A stretch of 64,000 nt of DNA from an uncultured bacterium (GTDB lineage Bacteria > Acidobacteriota > HRBIN11 > JAKEFK01): positions 288,001 to 352,000 of the forward strand of contig CAVZQN010000008.1 in NCBI GenBank assembly GCA_963777505.1. Reading direction: 5' to 3'. Below, piece by piece: positions 1 through 11,158 of the stretch (position 1 is its first letter; each line of letters begins with the position of its first letter). Position numbers and translations under genes: made by a program. The notes beneath the pieces were generated by a model. The model was given only the letters and a program-made list of their open reading frames with translations, was not told the origin of the DNA and searched no databases.

Positions 1-1
1 T

Positions 2-766
2 GTAAAAGTAATTTGCTCAGGATGCCCTGAGAAAAATCCATTTAAACCGGAAAAAAATGAACGACGAATTGAGCGGACATTTGATTCCTCCACGATGGAA
101 GGAAGATATGCAGGTTACACCATTGAAGATGAAGATGATGAAGATCAAGGATGGAAGTGGAAAGAATTGGAGAAAGTTGACGCCAGTAAGGGAGGCGCCG
201 GTTCGGATCAAATCGACGCTTTAAAGTTACTGGCAGTTTTTGTTCAGCATGGCGATAGTAAGCCTCAACAACAACGGATGGTCTGCAGCAAGGAAGATGT
301 TGAGTTCAGTGCAGACAAAAAGACAGCAACGTGTAAAAGACCCATTTTGATGGTGCAGGATTTAGGTGCAACCTTTGGAAAAGCAGATAAAACCACTTCG
401 AAGAACGCAAAATTCGATTACGAGCGGTGGTCCGAGATCTCAATCTGGGATCAGTCCAAAGAGACGGAACACTATCAACGAAACAAACGCAGGGTTTGTA
501 TTGGCAATTTGACTTCTTCTATGTCGGCAAGTGGGGGTCTCTCTGATCCAGTCATCACGGAGGGTGGTAGAAAATTTCTGGCAGATCAATTGATGCAACT
601 CAGTGATGCTCAAATCCGTGATCTATTTATGAGCATTCCAGTTGAAAAAGCTGACGAAACCATCGAAGTCGACGGAACAGAAAGACCGGTTAGTGTTGAT
701 GATTGGGTCAATGCATTTAAGAAGAAACGTCAAGAGATTGTAGAACGAGATTGTACTGCGAAGTAG
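2..766 (+). CDS. Hypothetical protein with protein-kinase-like motifs, 5'-truncated by the window edge
   Basis: Frame is open from position 2 (VKVICSGCPEKNPF...) into ORF 95..766; contains QHGDSKPQQQR and QDLGATFG, resembling the HxDxKxxN and DFG motifs. Confidence 0.6.
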   Translation, partial: VKVICSGCPEKNPFKPEKNERRIERTFDSSTMEGRYAGYTIEDEDDEDQGWKWKELEKVDASKGGAGSDQIDALKLLAVFVQHGDSKPQQQRMVCSKEDVEFSADKKTATCKRPILMVQDLGATFGKADKTTSKNAKFDYERWSEISIWDQSKETEHYQRNKRRVCIGNLTSSMSASGGLSDPVITEGGRKFLADQLMQLSDAQIRDLFMSIPVEKADETIEVDGTERPVSVDDWVNAFKKKRQEIVERDCTAK

Positions 767-771
767 AAGCT

Positions 772-810
772 TGAACCGCAGAGACACAAGCTCTGTGACT
801 TTGTGGTTCA
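772..810. repeat. Imperfect palindrome (REP-like), probable terminator between convergent genes
   Basis: TGAACCGCAGAG...CTTTGTGGTTCA arms pair with G-U; related element at 45101-45127. Confidence 0.55.
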
Positions 811-1365
811 GGAGTGCAGAATTTCTTCTTCTTTGGCCTTGGCTACATCATCCAGTCTTTTGATGTACTCATCATGAAGTTTCTGTACAAAATCGAGGCC
901 CTTCTTTTCCTCATCCTGGGAAATTTGTTTCGCCTTTTCCAATTTCTTTAAATCATCATTACCATGACGTCGGATCTGGCGTATTTCATTGTGGCCATGT
1001 TCTGTGACTTTTCCAAGGTGTTTTGCAAGCTGTTGACGGCGTTCTTCTGTTAAGGGTGGGATTGGGATGCGGATGATTTTTCCATCATTTGCGGGATTCA
1101 AACCTAAATCACTTTTACGGATCGCTTTTTCAATTTCCGCGATAATGCTCACATCGTAGGGTTTCACTGTAATGAGATTTGCCTCCGGAGTATTCAAAGC
1201 CCCGACCTGGTTGATCGGAGTTGGAGTTCCGTAGTACTCCACCATAATGCCATCGAGCAAACTGATTGAAGCCTTCCCGGTGCGCACACCAGCAAGCTCT
1301 TTACGATGCGCTTCAACTGCTGAATCCATACGTCTCCGAAGGTCTTTTAAAAGTTCTTCATACAT
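808..1365 (-). CDS. frr: Ribosome recycling factor
   Basis: RTGKAS, YYGTPTP, IPPLTEERR motifs; ATG at 1365 with AAGGGGTG RBS; follows pyrH. Confidence 0.97.
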   Translation of the reverse strand: MYEELLKDLRRRMDSAVEAHRKELAGVRTGKASISLLDGIMVEYYGTPTPINQVGALNTPEANLITVKPYDVSIIAEIEKAIRKSDLGLNPANDGKIIRIPIPPLTEERRQQLAKHLGKVTEHGHNEIRQIRRHGNDDLKKLEKAKQISQDEEKKGLDFVQKLHDEYIKRLDDVAKAKEEEILHS

Positions 1366-1369
1366 AGTG

Positions 1370-2101
1370 TCACCCCTTAATCCAAGAACCGATCGACTCA
1401 CCCATAATAACGCGTTTGATGTTTCCTCTGGTTTTCAAATTAAATACTACAATCGGCATACTGTTGTCCATGCACAAAGAAATTGCAGTTGAATCCATGA
1501 CTTTGATTTGCTTACTCAAAATGTCCATGTAATTCAGTTCATGAAACATGACAGCGTCTGAATGTTTGGCTGGATCTTTATCATAGATGCCTTCAACTTT
1601 TGTTGCTTTCAAAATGATTTCGGCGTGAATTTCCATTGCTCGAAGTGCGGCCGCAGTATCGGTTGAAAAATAGGGATTGCCTGTACCGGCTGCAAAGATG
1701 ACAACGCGTTTTTTTTCAAGGTGACGGATTGCGCGGCGACGAATAAAAGGTTCGGCTACACTTCGAACTTCGATTGCAGAGATCAAGCGCGTCACAAGCC
1801 CGCGCTTTTCAAGCCCATCTTGAAGAGCAATTGCATTGATCAGAGTTGCTAACATACCCATCTGATCACCTGCAACACGATCCAGGCCGGTAGAGCTGGC
1901 AGATAAACCACGGAAAATATTTCCACCGCCAATAACAAGTCCTATCTCAACATCGAGTTTGGCAACTTCAACAATTTCATCGGCAAGATAACTAACGATT
2001 TTTGGATCAATGCCGAAGCTCTGTTCACCCATCAAAGCTTCGCCGCTTAATTTCAACAGAACACGTTTGAAGTGCGGTGTAACTTCAGTTTCTGCTGCCA
2101 T
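1370..2101 (-). CDS. pyrH: UMP kinase
   Basis: [30 protein letters not shown] motifs; lies between tsf and frr. Confidence 0.97.
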   Translation of the reverse strand: MAAETEVTPHFKRVLLKLSGEALMGEQSFGIDPKIVSYLADEIVEVAKLDVEIGLVIGGGNIFRGLSASSTGLDRVAGDQMGMLATLINAIALQDGLEKRGLVTRLISAIEVRSVAEPFIRRRAIRHLEKKRVVIFAAGTGNPYFSTDTAAALRAMEIHAEIILKATKVEGIYDKDPAKHSDAVMFHELNYMDILSKQIKVMDSTAISLCMDNSMPIVVFNLKTRGNIKRVIMGESIGSWIKG

Positions 2102-2105
2102 GCTT

Positions 2106-2711
2106 TTATTGTGAGGACTCTCCAAGTTTGTAGCGGGCAAAACGGCGAACAACAATGTTTTCCCCGAATTTTGCAATGTGGTCTTGAATTAATTGATTGA
2201 CTTTAATGCTTTCGTCCTTAACAAAGGCTTGATCCATCAAAACGTACTCGATGTACCATTTATCCAAACGGCCTTCCACAATTTGCTTCTTAATGTTTTC
2301 AGGCTTTTTTGTGTCATCGAGTTGTCCTAGTAAGATTTCACGTTCCTTATTTAGAACTTCTTGTGGAACATCTTCACGGTTCAAATAACGTGGATTCATT
2401 GCCGCAATCTGGACTGCAATATCGTGTGCGAAAGCCTGAAACTCAGCTGTACGCGCCACAAAATCGGTTTCACAATTAACCTCAACGAGCACACCGATTT
2501 TGCTGCCAGGATGAATATAGGATGTAACCACACCTTCACTGGCCGTACGTCCAGCTTTTCGTGCTGCCGTTGCGACTCCTTTTTTGCGAAGGATTGTGAT
2601 TGCTTCTTCAAAATCACCTTTCGATTCCTGTAAGGCAGCCTTACAATCCATCATTCCCGCGCCGGTTTGATCGCGCAGTCTCTTTACCATTTCTGCAGAA
2701 ATTTCGCTCAC
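2106..2711 (-). CDS. tsf: Elongation factor Ts (short ~200 aa form)
   Basis: [23 protein letters not shown]; GTG start with AAGGAGG RBS. Confidence 0.97.
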   Translation of the reverse strand: MSEISAEMVKRLRDQTGAGMMDCKAALQESKGDFEEAITILRKKGVATAARKAGRTASEGVVTSYIHPGSKIGVLVEVNCETDFVARTAEFQAFAHDIAVQIAAMNPRYLNREDVPQEVLNKEREILLGQLDDTKKPENIKKQIVEGRLDKWYIEYVLMDQAFVKDESIKVNQLIQDHIAKFGENIVVRRFARYKLGESSQ

Positions 2712-2729
2712 AGAAAAATCCTCCTTCTG

Positions 2730-3572
2730 TTACCGGACGAAGTCTTCTTCATCTTCATGATCATCTGTAAAAGACCGCGATAGATTCATTTCCAGCAAAT
2801 CCTGGTCCACTATCTCAGGCGTTACTTCTGCTTCGACTACCTCCGGTTGAGATGCTTCCACCATGGGCATTGGTACACCTGTCGAAGCAAACTGATTCTT
2901 GCCTTCAATTACAGCTTCTGAGATGCGGGAGGCAAACAGTTTGATTGCTCGAATCGCATCATCATTGCCGGGGATTACAAAATCAATCATGTCGGGATCG
3001 CAATTCGTATCCACAACTGCGACCACTGGAATATTTAATTTCTTTGCTTCACCTACAGCGATATCTTCCTTTCTTGGATCAATCACAAACAACGCTTCAG
3101 GTAATGCTTCCATATCCTTGATACCCTGGAAAAGTTTGTCCATCTTCTTGTATTTCTTTTCCAATTTGGAAGCATCTTTCTTGCTGAAATGTTCAAAATC
3201 GCCGTCCAATTTCATTTTCTGAAGCTCTTTGAACTTTTTCATGCTCTTTTTCAAAGTCACGAAATTTGTCAGCAAACCACCGAGCCATCTTTGATTCACA
3301 TATGGCATTCCGGCGCGTTCAGCTTCTTCAGCGATCGCATCCTGAGCTTGTTTTTTTGTACCAACAAAGAGAACGTTTCTTCCTTGTGCAGCAATATTGC
3401 TCATAAAGCGTGACGCTTCATCAAACAATTTAATCGTTTGCTGTAGGTCGATAATATGGATCCCGTTCCTTTCGTTATAAATATATTTTTTCATTTTGGG
3501 ATTGCGTTTTTTGGTCTGATGACCAAAATGCACACCTGCTTCTAATAACTCTTTTAAACTGATACTAACCAA
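2730..3572 (-). CDS. rpsB: 30S ribosomal protein S2
   Basis: [28 protein letters not shown]; TTG start with AGGAGG RBS. Confidence 0.98.
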   Translation of the reverse strand: MVSISLKELLEAGVHFGHQTKKRNPKMKKYIYNERNGIHIIDLQQTIKLFDEASRFMSNIAAQGRNVLFVGTKKQAQDAIAEEAERAGMPYVNQRWLGGLLTNFVTLKKSMKKFKELQKMKLDGDFEHFSKKDASKLEKKYKKMDKLFQGIKDMEALPEALFVIDPRKEDIAVGEAKKLNIPVVAVVDTNCDPDMIDFVIPGNDDAIRAIKLFASRISEAVIEGKNQFASTGVPMPMVEASQPEVVEAEVTPEIVDQDLLEMNLSRSFTDDHEDEEDFVR

Positions 3573-3590
3573 AGTGTTTTACCTCCTGTA

Positions 3591-3645
3591 TCTTCTTCCA
3601 CGCGCCATCTAGCGCAAAGTGCGGAAGAAAAGTTTCGCGCCATCC
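3591..3645 (-). promoter_or_regulatory. Structured rpsB 5' leader (candidate autoregulatory element)
   Basis: On the minus strand TTTTCTTCCGC pairs with GTGGAAGAAGA around an inner GCGC-TAGATG-GCGC hairpin, ending next to the RBS; GATGGCGCG occurs twice. Confidence 0.45.
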
Positions 3646-3709
3646 TTAAATGGATTTTGCGTATTTTAGAACCACACTCAGCACTGAGCTTCATTGCTCA
3701 GCACTATTG

Positions 3710-4102
3710 TTAACGTTTTGAGAATTGGAACTTTTTACGGGCGCCAGGTTGTCCGTATTTCTTGCGTTCTTTTATTCTGGAATCACGTGTAAGAAATCCG
3801 GCATCTTTCAGCTTCTTTCTTAACTCCACATTAAATTTCAGTAACGCACGGGCAACACCAAGACGAACAGCTTCAGCTTGACCTGCAACGCCGCCGCCTT
3901 GTGCAAAGGCCATAACGTTGAATTTATCAGCAGTTTCTGTAACCAGAAGCGGCTGTTTTACAACGATTTTTAAAGCCTCACTCGGGAAATATTCTTCCAT
4001 TTTTTTCCGGTTGATCGTAAATCCACCCGGACCGGGCTTTAAAAAAACACGGGCTATTGCCTTCTTTCGCTTCCCTGTCCCGTAATAACGAGTTTCAGGC
4101 AC
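3710..4102 (-). CDS. rpsI: 30S ribosomal protein S9
   Basis: [20 protein letters not shown]...QFSKR; GTG start at 4102 with AAGGAGG RBS. Confidence 0.97.
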   Translation of the reverse strand: MPETRYYGTGKRKKAIARVFLKPGPGGFTINRKKMEEYFPSEALKIVVKQPLLVTETADKFNVMAFAQGGGVAGQAEAVRLGVARALLKFNVELRKKLKDAGFLTRDSRIKERKKYGQPGARKKFQFSKR

Positions 4103-4177
4103 TTTTTCCTCCTTACATGCCGGCAAATATCCGGCATACATCCAAATCAATCAACGGATTATTAAGATAACGGAATG

Positions 4178-4615
4178 CTAACGAGAGCGAGGCGCAAGAG
4201 GTTCAGGTCTTTGGGCCTCATGGGGATGTTCATTGCCGCTATAGACCTTCAATTTCTTGAGATACACCGATCGCAGTTTGTTTTTCGGCAACATGCCGTC
4301 AACTGCTTCCAGGATCACTCTTTCCGGGGCTTTCTTTTGCAGTTCGGTGATTCCTACCGTTTTTAAACCACCAGGATAACCCGAATGATGGCGATACACT
4401 TTCTCAATTCCTTTTTTTCCAGTGAGCACCACTTTATCGGCATTAACAATGACTACAAAATCTCCAACATCTTCATGCTTTGTATAAACCGGTTTTACTT
4501 TTCCGGTTAAAACCTTGGCTACAAATGTTGCAAGTCTGCCCAGAATCTGCCCTTCAGCATTAATCAGATACCACTTCTTCTGGATTTCTCCCGCTTTCGG
4601 GAAATACGTACTCAT
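4178..4615 (-). CDS. rplM: 50S ribosomal protein L13
   Basis: LGRLAT, GDFVVIVNA, HSGYPGGLK, GMLPKNKL, HPHEAQ; ATG at 4615 with GAGGAG RBS. Confidence 0.97.
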   Translation of the reverse strand: MSTYFPKAGEIQKKWYLINAEGQILGRLATFVAKVLTGKVKPVYTKHEDVGDFVVIVNADKVVLTGKKGIEKVYRHHSGYPGGLKTVGITELQKKAPERVILEAVDGMLPKNKLRSVYLKKLKVYSGNEHPHEAQRPEPLAPRSR

Positions 4616-4709
4616 TACACTCCTCAATCTCCGCAAGAGGCTAGTTGTAAATATTTGCGGACAAAAAATGCCCGCACCTCGAGCGGAACAGACGTTTTGA
4701 TCAGACCTA

Positions 4710-4738
4710 AATGTATCGTATGCCCTCGATCTTGTCAA
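4710..4738 (-). promoter_or_regulatory. Sigma70-type promoter of the rplM operon
   Basis: TTGACA-17 nt-TACATT on the minus strand. Confidence 0.7.
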
Positions 4739-4819
4739 GAAAAGGGGTCTTTAGCCCAGGTGAACAAAAGACTTATCAAAATAGCGGAATATTTCTTTTG
4801 ACGCTCATTGAAGCCGCAG

Positions 4820-5146
4820 TTATTTTACGAGGTTAAACGTTTCGAGCATGGCCCAGCGAATGATTCGAGTTTTCGTTCCGTAGGCATCCAAATAATGCTG
4901 CCGCAATCGAGCTCCTTCGTCGCTTTTTACATATTTGTCGTAGGCTGCTTGATTGCGCAGTTCATACAAAACAAAATACTCTGCTTCCTGGCTGCTGTTG
5001 GAAATACACTTGAATTTCCGGACAGTCATAAAGCCGGGCTGACTCAAAACCATTGGGATGTGTTCTTCGTTGTGCCAGCGGTTCCAATCCTTTTCGAACT
5101 TGGAAGGAATTCTGCAGCTCACAACATACATCACTCGTGAAGACAT
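4820..5146 (-). CDS. DUF4286/EthD-like dimeric alpha-beta barrel protein
   Basis: WNRWHNEEHIPMVLSQPGF...YFVLYEL pattern; start could alternatively be 5188. Confidence 0.7.
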   Translation of the reverse strand: MSSRVMYVVSCRIPSKFEKDWNRWHNEEHIPMVLSQPGFMTVRKFKCISNSSQEAEYFVLYELRNQAAYDKYVKSDEGARLRQHYLDAYGTKTRIIRWAMLETFNLVK

Positions 5147-5222
5147 ACCGCTCCGAGGAACTACGATATTGTGAGTATACACCTTCATTGTCTATGAGGC
5201 ATCTAGCATCTAACACCGAGAT

Positions 5223-7539
5223 GTGAATATATTTACCGACATGATTGACCCTGTTTGTGGAATGAAAGTTGATCCTGCACGCGCGGCAGGATCGGTGGAT
5301 TACAAAGGAACTACGTACTATTTTTGTAGTACGCATTGTGTTCAAAAATTCCGTGAGAATCCTGAATCTTTTCTAAAGCCAAAGCCTGAACCACCCGCTG
5401 CAACGGATAAGAAAAGTCCACAAGATACCCAAATTTATACATGTCCGATGCATCCGGAGATCGAGCAGATGGGACCTGGATCTTGCCCGATCTGTGGAAT
5501 GGCTTTGGAAGTAAAAAACATCACTCTCGGTTCGGAAACAGAGAACCATGAACTGAAGGACATGACGCGCCGGTTTTGGATCAGCGCAATTTTGACTGTC
5601 CCGGTTTTCCTGATCGGCATGTCTGAGATGATTCCAGGTCAGCCTTTGCAACATACAGTTTCTCCACGAATTCTGTCCTGGATTCAACTGTTGTTAACGT
5701 GTCCGGTTGTATTGTGGGGTGGATATCCATTTTTTGTGCGGGGCTGGGCATCGATTCGCAACCGCAGTGCAAACATGTTTACGCTTATCGCACTGGGTAC
5801 AGGTGCAGCCTTCATATATAGCGTGATTGCAACTCTATTTCCTGATTTCTTTCCGGGTTCGTTTCGAGGTCATAACGGCGAAGTACCTGTTTACTTTGAA
5901 GCCGCATCAGTAATAACAACTCTTGTTTTGTTAGGTCAGGTGTTGGAGCTTCATGCAAGGGATCGCACGAGTCATGCGATCCGTGACCTTATTGAAGCTC
6001 GCGCCAAATTCTGCTCGCGTGATCGAATCGAATAACACTGAAATCGATGTGCCGATTGAGCGGATCCATATGGGAGACCGGCTGCGCGTTCGTCCAGGCG
6101 AAAAAGTTCCCACCGATGGCATAGTGATTGAAGGCCAGAGCTTCGTTGATGAATCGATGATCTCTGGTGAACCAATTCCGGTTGAAAAGAAATCAGGCAG
6201 CCCTGTAACTGGTGGAACTTTGAACGGCACAGGAAGCTTTGTAATGGAAGCAACCCGCGTTGGCAGTGAAACAATGCTTGCGCAAATTGTGCGAATGGTC
6301 AGCGAGGCACAAAGAACACGAGCACCGATTCAAAGACTTGCCGATGTTGTTTCTGCCTACTTTGTTCCAATCGTAATCGTAATCGCAGTCCTTACTTTTA
6401 TTACCTGGAGTTTATTGGGTCCCGAGCCACGCATAATTCATGCGCTCGTGAATGCTGTCGCAGTTTTAATTATCGCTTGCCCCTGCGCACTTGGGCTTGC
6501 TACGCCAATGTCAATCATGGTTGGAATGGGACGTGGCGCGAAATCAGGCGTATTAATCCGGAATGCTGAAGCACTTGAAACCATGGAAGGTGTCGACACT
6601 CTTCTTGTTGATAAAACTGGTACCTTGACTGAAGGAAAGCCTCAGGTTGTCAGCATCCTACCTGAAAATTCAGAAGAAGTTTTGTCAATTGCAGCAGCAA
6701 TCGAGAAAGGAAGCGAACATCCGCTTGGGAATGCAATCATAGAAGCGGCATTGCAAAAAAAATATGAAATCCCTGTTGCATCCGAATTCCAATCAATTAC
6801 AGGCAAAGGTGTTACCGCAACAATCAATGGAAAGAAAGCTGCAGTGGGTAACGAACGATTCATGCAAGAGTTTGGAACAGAATTCAATCCGTATGTTGAA
6901 AAAACGGAAGGACTTCGAAACGACGGACAGACTGTCGTTTTCGTTGCACTGGATAAAAAAGTGATTGGAATCATTGGAATTGCTGATCCGATAAAAACGT
7001 CAGCAGTCGAAGCAGTAGAAATGCTCCGCAACGAAGGCCTTCGTTTTATCATGCTGACTGGAGATAACAGAAAAACAGCAATGAAAGTTGCAGAGAAACT
7101 AAATATTTCTGAGGTTGAAGCAGAAATTCTTCCGTCACAAAAGCAAGAAGTAGTAAAGAAACTGCAGAATCAAAATCGGAAAGTTGCAATGGCAGGAGAT
7201 GGAATCAATGACGCGCCCGCTCTCGCTCAGGCAGATGTTGGAATCGCAATGGGGACAGGCACCGACATTGCGATAGAAAGTTCTGATATTACTTTGTTGA
7301 AAGGAGACGTGCGAGGAGTGGTGAGGGCACGCCGGTTAAGCAAAGCAACGATGCGGAACATTCGCCAAAATCTGTTGTTCGCTTTCATATACAACATTCT
7401 TGGTGTTCCAATCGCCGCGGGGTTACTGTATCCATGGACTGGTCTGTTATTGAGTCCGATGATCGCAAGCGCAGCGATGACATTCAGTTCAGTTTCGGTG
7501 ATTCTTAATGCGCTTCGATTGCGCAAAGTTCGTTTGTAG
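5223..7539 (+). CDS. copA: Cu(I)/Ag(I)-translocating P1B ATPase with N-terminal YHS and heavy-metal-binding domains; apparent +1 frameshift near 5988
   Basis: DPVCGM/YYFCS (YHS), YTCPMHPEI...CPICGM in ORF 5223..6035; [26 protein letters not shown] and MTFSS in ORF 5953..7539; halves join at AIRD/LLKLAP. Confidence 0.9.
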
Positions 7540-7659
7540 TAAGGCACGCAGTTCTGGTGCATTTATGCACCTGAACAGTGCCGTTAAATAGGGATGATGC
7601 AAGACAATTGACTGACGGCACTGCTTCGCATTCGCTCAGCTGCGTGCCTAACTACAAAC
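7532..7659. repeat. 128-bp element with nested inverted repeats (REPIN/MITE-like) between convergent copA and sdhB
   Basis: Ends GTTTGTAGTAAGGCACGCAG / CTGCGTGCCTAACTACAAAC (19/20 complementary); inner CAGTGCCGTTA / TGACGGCACTG; hairpin GGTGCA-TTTA-TGCACC. Confidence 0.75.
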
Positions 7660-8435
7660 TACCCTTTCCCGCTCTTAGCTTCTGTTGATTTAGGCATTAC
7701 GAGTGTGGCTTTCAGATAATCACGGTTCAAGAGTCTAATGAAATCGATACTGATTTCCTTTGGACAGACTGCTTCGCATTCGCGGTGATTTGTACAATTT
7801 CCAAAGCCTTCATCATCCATTTGTTTCACCATATTTAAAACACGGCGGTAACGTTCAGGTTGACCTTGCGGAAGCAGCGCAAGGTGTGAAACCTTCGCTG
7901 ATGTAAACAGCATTGCGGAGCCATTCGGACAAGCTGCGACACAAGCGCCGCACCCAATACATGAAGCAGCATCCATCGCGCGTTCAGCATTTTCCTTAGG
8001 CACAGGAATTATGTTTGCATCAGGTGAGCAACCGGTAGAAACAGAAATGAAACCACCTGCTTCAATGATTCTGTCAAAAGCGGAACGATCTACAGTCAGA
8101 TCTCGAATAACTGGAAATGCACCTGCACGCCATGGTTCTATATAGATGGAATCCCCATCTTTGAAAGATCGCATATGTAACTGACAGGCGGTTGTCGCCT
8201 TGCGAGGTCCATGTGCAACACCATTAATCACCATTCCGCACATGCCACAGATGCCTTCGCGGCAATCATGATCAAACGCGATGGGATCATCACCTTTTGC
8301 AATCAATCTTTCATTAACAACATCCAGCATTTCAAGAAAAGACATTTCCGGGCTGATGTCAGGTGCTTCATAACGCACCATCCGACCTTTGTCGTTTGCA
8401 TTCTTTTGCCGCCAGACGTGCAAAGTAACATTCAT
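7659..8435 (-). CDS. sdhB: Succinate dehydrogenase/fumarate reductase Fe-S subunit
   Basis: [36 protein letters not shown]. Confidence 0.96.
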   Translation of the reverse strand: MNVTLHVWRQKNANDKGRMVRYEAPDISPEMSFLEMLDVVNERLIAKGDDPIAFDHDCREGICGMCGMVINGVAHGPRKATTACQLHMRSFKDGDSIYIEPWRAGAFPVIRDLTVDRSAFDRIIEAGGFISVSTGCSPDANIIPVPKENAERAMDAASCIGCGACVAACPNGSAMLFTSAKVSHLALLPQGQPERYRRVLNMVKQMDDEGFGNCTNHRECEAVCPKEISIDFIRLLNRDYLKATLVMPKSTEAKSGKG

Positions 8436-10349
8436 TTATTTATAACTCCGTTGTGTGAGCGGAACATATTCAAATTTCAATTCCTCTTTATGCATAGTTG
8501 GAGATTTGGTTGATCCTTGATACTCCCATGCAGCTACATGACAAAACTGGTCGTCATTCCGAAGAGCTTCGCCTTCCGGTGTTTGAAATTCTTCGCGGAA
8601 ATGTCCACCACACGATTCTTTACGTTGAAGCGCATCCAGACACATTAATTCGGCAAGTTCAAAAAAGTCTGCAACACGTCCCGCTTTTTCCAGCGATTGA
8701 TTCATCTCTTCATTCGATCCCAAAACATTTACATCTCGCCAGAATTCTTCACGCAGCTCCGGAATTTTACCCAAAGCTAACTTCAATCCTTTTTCGTTCC
8801 GGGCCATACCACAATGGTCCCACATCAATTTACCAAGTTCACGATGAAAATCATCAACTGTGCGTTTACCGCGAGTGTTTAGCAATTTCTGTGTCAGTTC
8901 CTGAATCTGTTGTTCATTTTGTTTGAACGCGGAATGAGAAGAATCCGCCTTTTCCAACTTTGTATTCGCAAGATAATCACCGATTGTATAAGGAAGAATA
9001 AAGTATCCATCAGCAAGTCCTTGCATTAGCGCGCTTGCTCCAAGACGATTGGCTCCGTGGTCAGAAAAATTTGCTTCCCCAATGACGTACAATCCTGGAA
9101 GCGTACTCATTAAGTTGTAATCGACCCATAAGCCGCCCATTGTGTAATGAATTGCGGGAAAAATACGCATTGGGACTTTATAGGGATTTTCATCAGTGAT
9201 CCGCTCATACATATCGAAAAGATTTCCGTAGCGTTCTCTAATTGCAGCTTCACCGAGTCGTTGGATCGCATCGGCAAAATCAAGATAAACACCAAAGCCA
9301 GTTTCACCAACTCCACGTCCTTCATCGCAAACATCTTTTGCATTGCGTGATGCAACATCTCGCGGCACAAGGTTTCCGAAGCTTGGATATTTTCGTTCGA
9401 GAAAATAATCTCGTTCTTGTTCAGGAATTTGGCTTGGTGGACGCTTATCCCCTTTTTGTTTTGGGACCCATATCCTGCCGTCATTGCGCAATGATTCACT
9501 CATCAATGTGAGTTTGGATTGATATTCACCTGAAACTGGAATGCAGGTTGGATGAATTTGAGTAAAGCACGGATTTCCAAAAATTGCGCCTTTCTTGTAA
9601 GCGCGCCAGATTGCGGTTGTATTGCAACCTTTTGCGTTTGTGGAAAGATAAAAAACGTTTCCATATCCCCCTGTCCCAAGTACAACGGCATCACCGACAT
9701 GAGATTCAATTTTGCCTGTTACAAGATCACGGCTGATAATTCCACGCGCTTTACCATCGATTACAACAAGATCCAACATTTCAGTTCTTGGATACATTTT
9801 CACTTTGCCCAATCCGATCTGACGGCAAAGTGCTTGATACGCACCAAGAAGCAGTTGTTGTCCAGTTTGACCGCGCGCATAAAATGTTCGTGACACCTGC
9901 GCGCCTCCAAAAGAACGATTCGCCAATAATCCACCATATTCTCGCGCGAATGGAACACCCTGCGCCGCACACTGGTCTATGATGCTTACACTAATCTGAG
10001 CGAGTCTATATACGTTCGCTTCTCTTGCGCGAAAGTCTCCCCCCTTTACAGTGTCGTAAAACAATCGATAAATAGAATCGCCATCGTTCTGATAATTTTT
10101 CGCAGCATTGATGCCGCCTTGTGCGGCGATACTGTGTGCGCGCCTTGGACTATCTTGATAACAAAAACATTTAACGGCGTATCCCAATTCGGCAAGTGAA
10201 GCAGCGGCAGAAGCGCCTGCCAGACCGCTTCCAACAACAATGACTGTGTACTTACGTTTGTTTGCAGGATTTACAAGCTTCAAATCAAATCGATGTTTGT
10301 CCCATTTGTCTTGAATGATTCCGGAAGGTACTTTTGACTTCAAATCCAT
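8436..10349 (-). CDS. sdhA: Succinate dehydrogenase/fumarate reductase flavoprotein subunit
   Basis: [41 protein letters not shown]. Confidence 0.96.
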   Translation of the reverse strand: MDLKSKVPSGIIQDKWDKHRFDLKLVNPANKRKYTVIVVGSGLAGASAAASLAELGYAVKCFCYQDSPRRAHSIAAQGGINAAKNYQNDGDSIYRLFYDTVKGGDFRAREANVYRLAQISVSIIDQCAAQGVPFAREYGGLLANRSFGGAQVSRTFYARGQTGQQLLLGAYQALCRQIGLGKVKMYPRTEMLDLVVIDGKARGIISRDLVTGKIESHVGDAVVLGTGGYGNVFYLSTNAKGCNTTAIWRAYKKGAIFGNPCFTQIHPTCIPVSGEYQSKLTLMSESLRNDGRIWVPKQKGDKRPPSQIPEQERDYFLERKYPSFGNLVPRDVASRNAKDVCDEGRGVGETGFGVYLDFADAIQRLGEAAIRERYGNLFDMYERITDENPYKVPMRIFPAIHYTMGGLWVDYNLMSTLPGLYVIGEANFSDHGANRLGASALMQGLADGYFILPYTIGDYLANTKLEKADSSHSAFKQNEQQIQELTQKLLNTRGKRTVDDFHRELGKLMWDHCGMARNEKGLKLALGKIPELREEFWRDVNVLGSNEEMNQSLEKAGRVADFFELAELMCLDALQRKESCGGHFREEFQTPEGEALRNDDQFCHVAAWEYQGSTKSPTMHKEELKFEYVPLTQRSYK

Positions 10350-10362
10350 TCGTTATCCTGCA

Positions 10363-11028
10363 TCAACGTATGTAACCGGTTAGTACTGCAATTGGAATAG
10401 AAATATTGACAAGTGCAATCACAATTGCCGAGATGGCTGAAAATCGATGAAGCAATTGATTGTAAGAAAGATTATTCAAACTCAGAGTCTGAAACATACT
10501 CCAAATTCCATGATACAAATGAAGTGCCAAGGCAATCATCGCTACGATATAAAAAGCCGATACATACCAAACCTTAAATCCGCTCACAAGATTTGCGTAT
10601 ACATCACCATGTTGAAAATTCGGATGAGCATTGCCAAATGTTAAATGCATCAGATGATACACAATGAAAAACAACAGGATCGGCCCGCTCCAACGCATTG
10701 TACGTGAAGCATAGTCGGAGCCTCGAGGCACCCAGCGTTTATAATTTTCGGTCCGATTTTTAAGGCTTAGTCGTGAAAGTTGATACGCTGCAACAATATG
10801 CAGCACGACAGCTACAAGTAAAGTTAATCTGGCTAAGTAAAGAAGGGGTCCAAGTTTTCTAAGAGCGACTGCGTAGGAATTAAGAGCTTCAGCTCCACCT
10901 AGAAAAGGAAAGGCTTGAAGATTTCCAATCATGTGGCCGATAACAAAACCAAATCCGATAAAGCCTGTGATTGCCATCACGACTTTTTTTCCGATGGTCG
11001 ATTGATATACAGCCGCAACTGAGATCAA
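10363..11028 (-). CDS. sdhC: Succinate dehydrogenase cytochrome b subunit (single membrane anchor)
   Basis: STIGKKVVMAITG, five hydrophobic segments, His ligands, HLYHGIWSMFQTL; upstream of sdhAB. Confidence 0.92.
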   Translation of the reverse strand: MISVAAVYQSTIGKKVVMAITGFIGFGFVIGHMIGNLQAFPFLGGAEALNSYAVALRKLGPLLYLARLTLLVAVVLHIVAAYQLSRLSLKNRTENYKRWVPRGSDYASRTMRWSGPILLFFIVYHLMHLTFGNAHPNFQHGDVYANLVSGFKVWYVSAFYIVAMIALALHLYHGIWSMFQTLSLNNLSYNQLLHRFSAISAIVIALVNISIPIAVLTGYIR

Positions 11029-11158
11029 CGCTAACTCCAGAATGTCAGAGGTACTTAGCTTTACTGCACTTTCTATGCAAAAATGTGGTCGGGTTAAGAG
11101 AAAATGTTAATCGGTTTGGGGTTTAACCGCAACCCAATAAGGGGTACACGAACAATTT

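Noticed and set aside
747-763. GAGATTGTACTGC(G/T)AAG also found at 39068 just before ssrA, suggesting an att site
   Set aside because: Matches of this length are expected by chance in 64 kb; att duplications involve the ssrA 3' end, and no integrase is present.
2106-2711. Short EF-Ts as a truncation
   Set aside because: A ~200 aa EF-Ts is a known natural form and the ORF is intact.
4114-4140. Hairpin between rplM and rpsI
   Set aside because: Single stem without a U-tail; ordinary intercistronic structure with nothing more to support.
5980-6000. Programmed frameshift in copA as in E. coli copA/CopA(Z)
   Set aside because: No slippery heptamer, the break falls after the first TM helices, and similar indels elsewhere point to assembly error.
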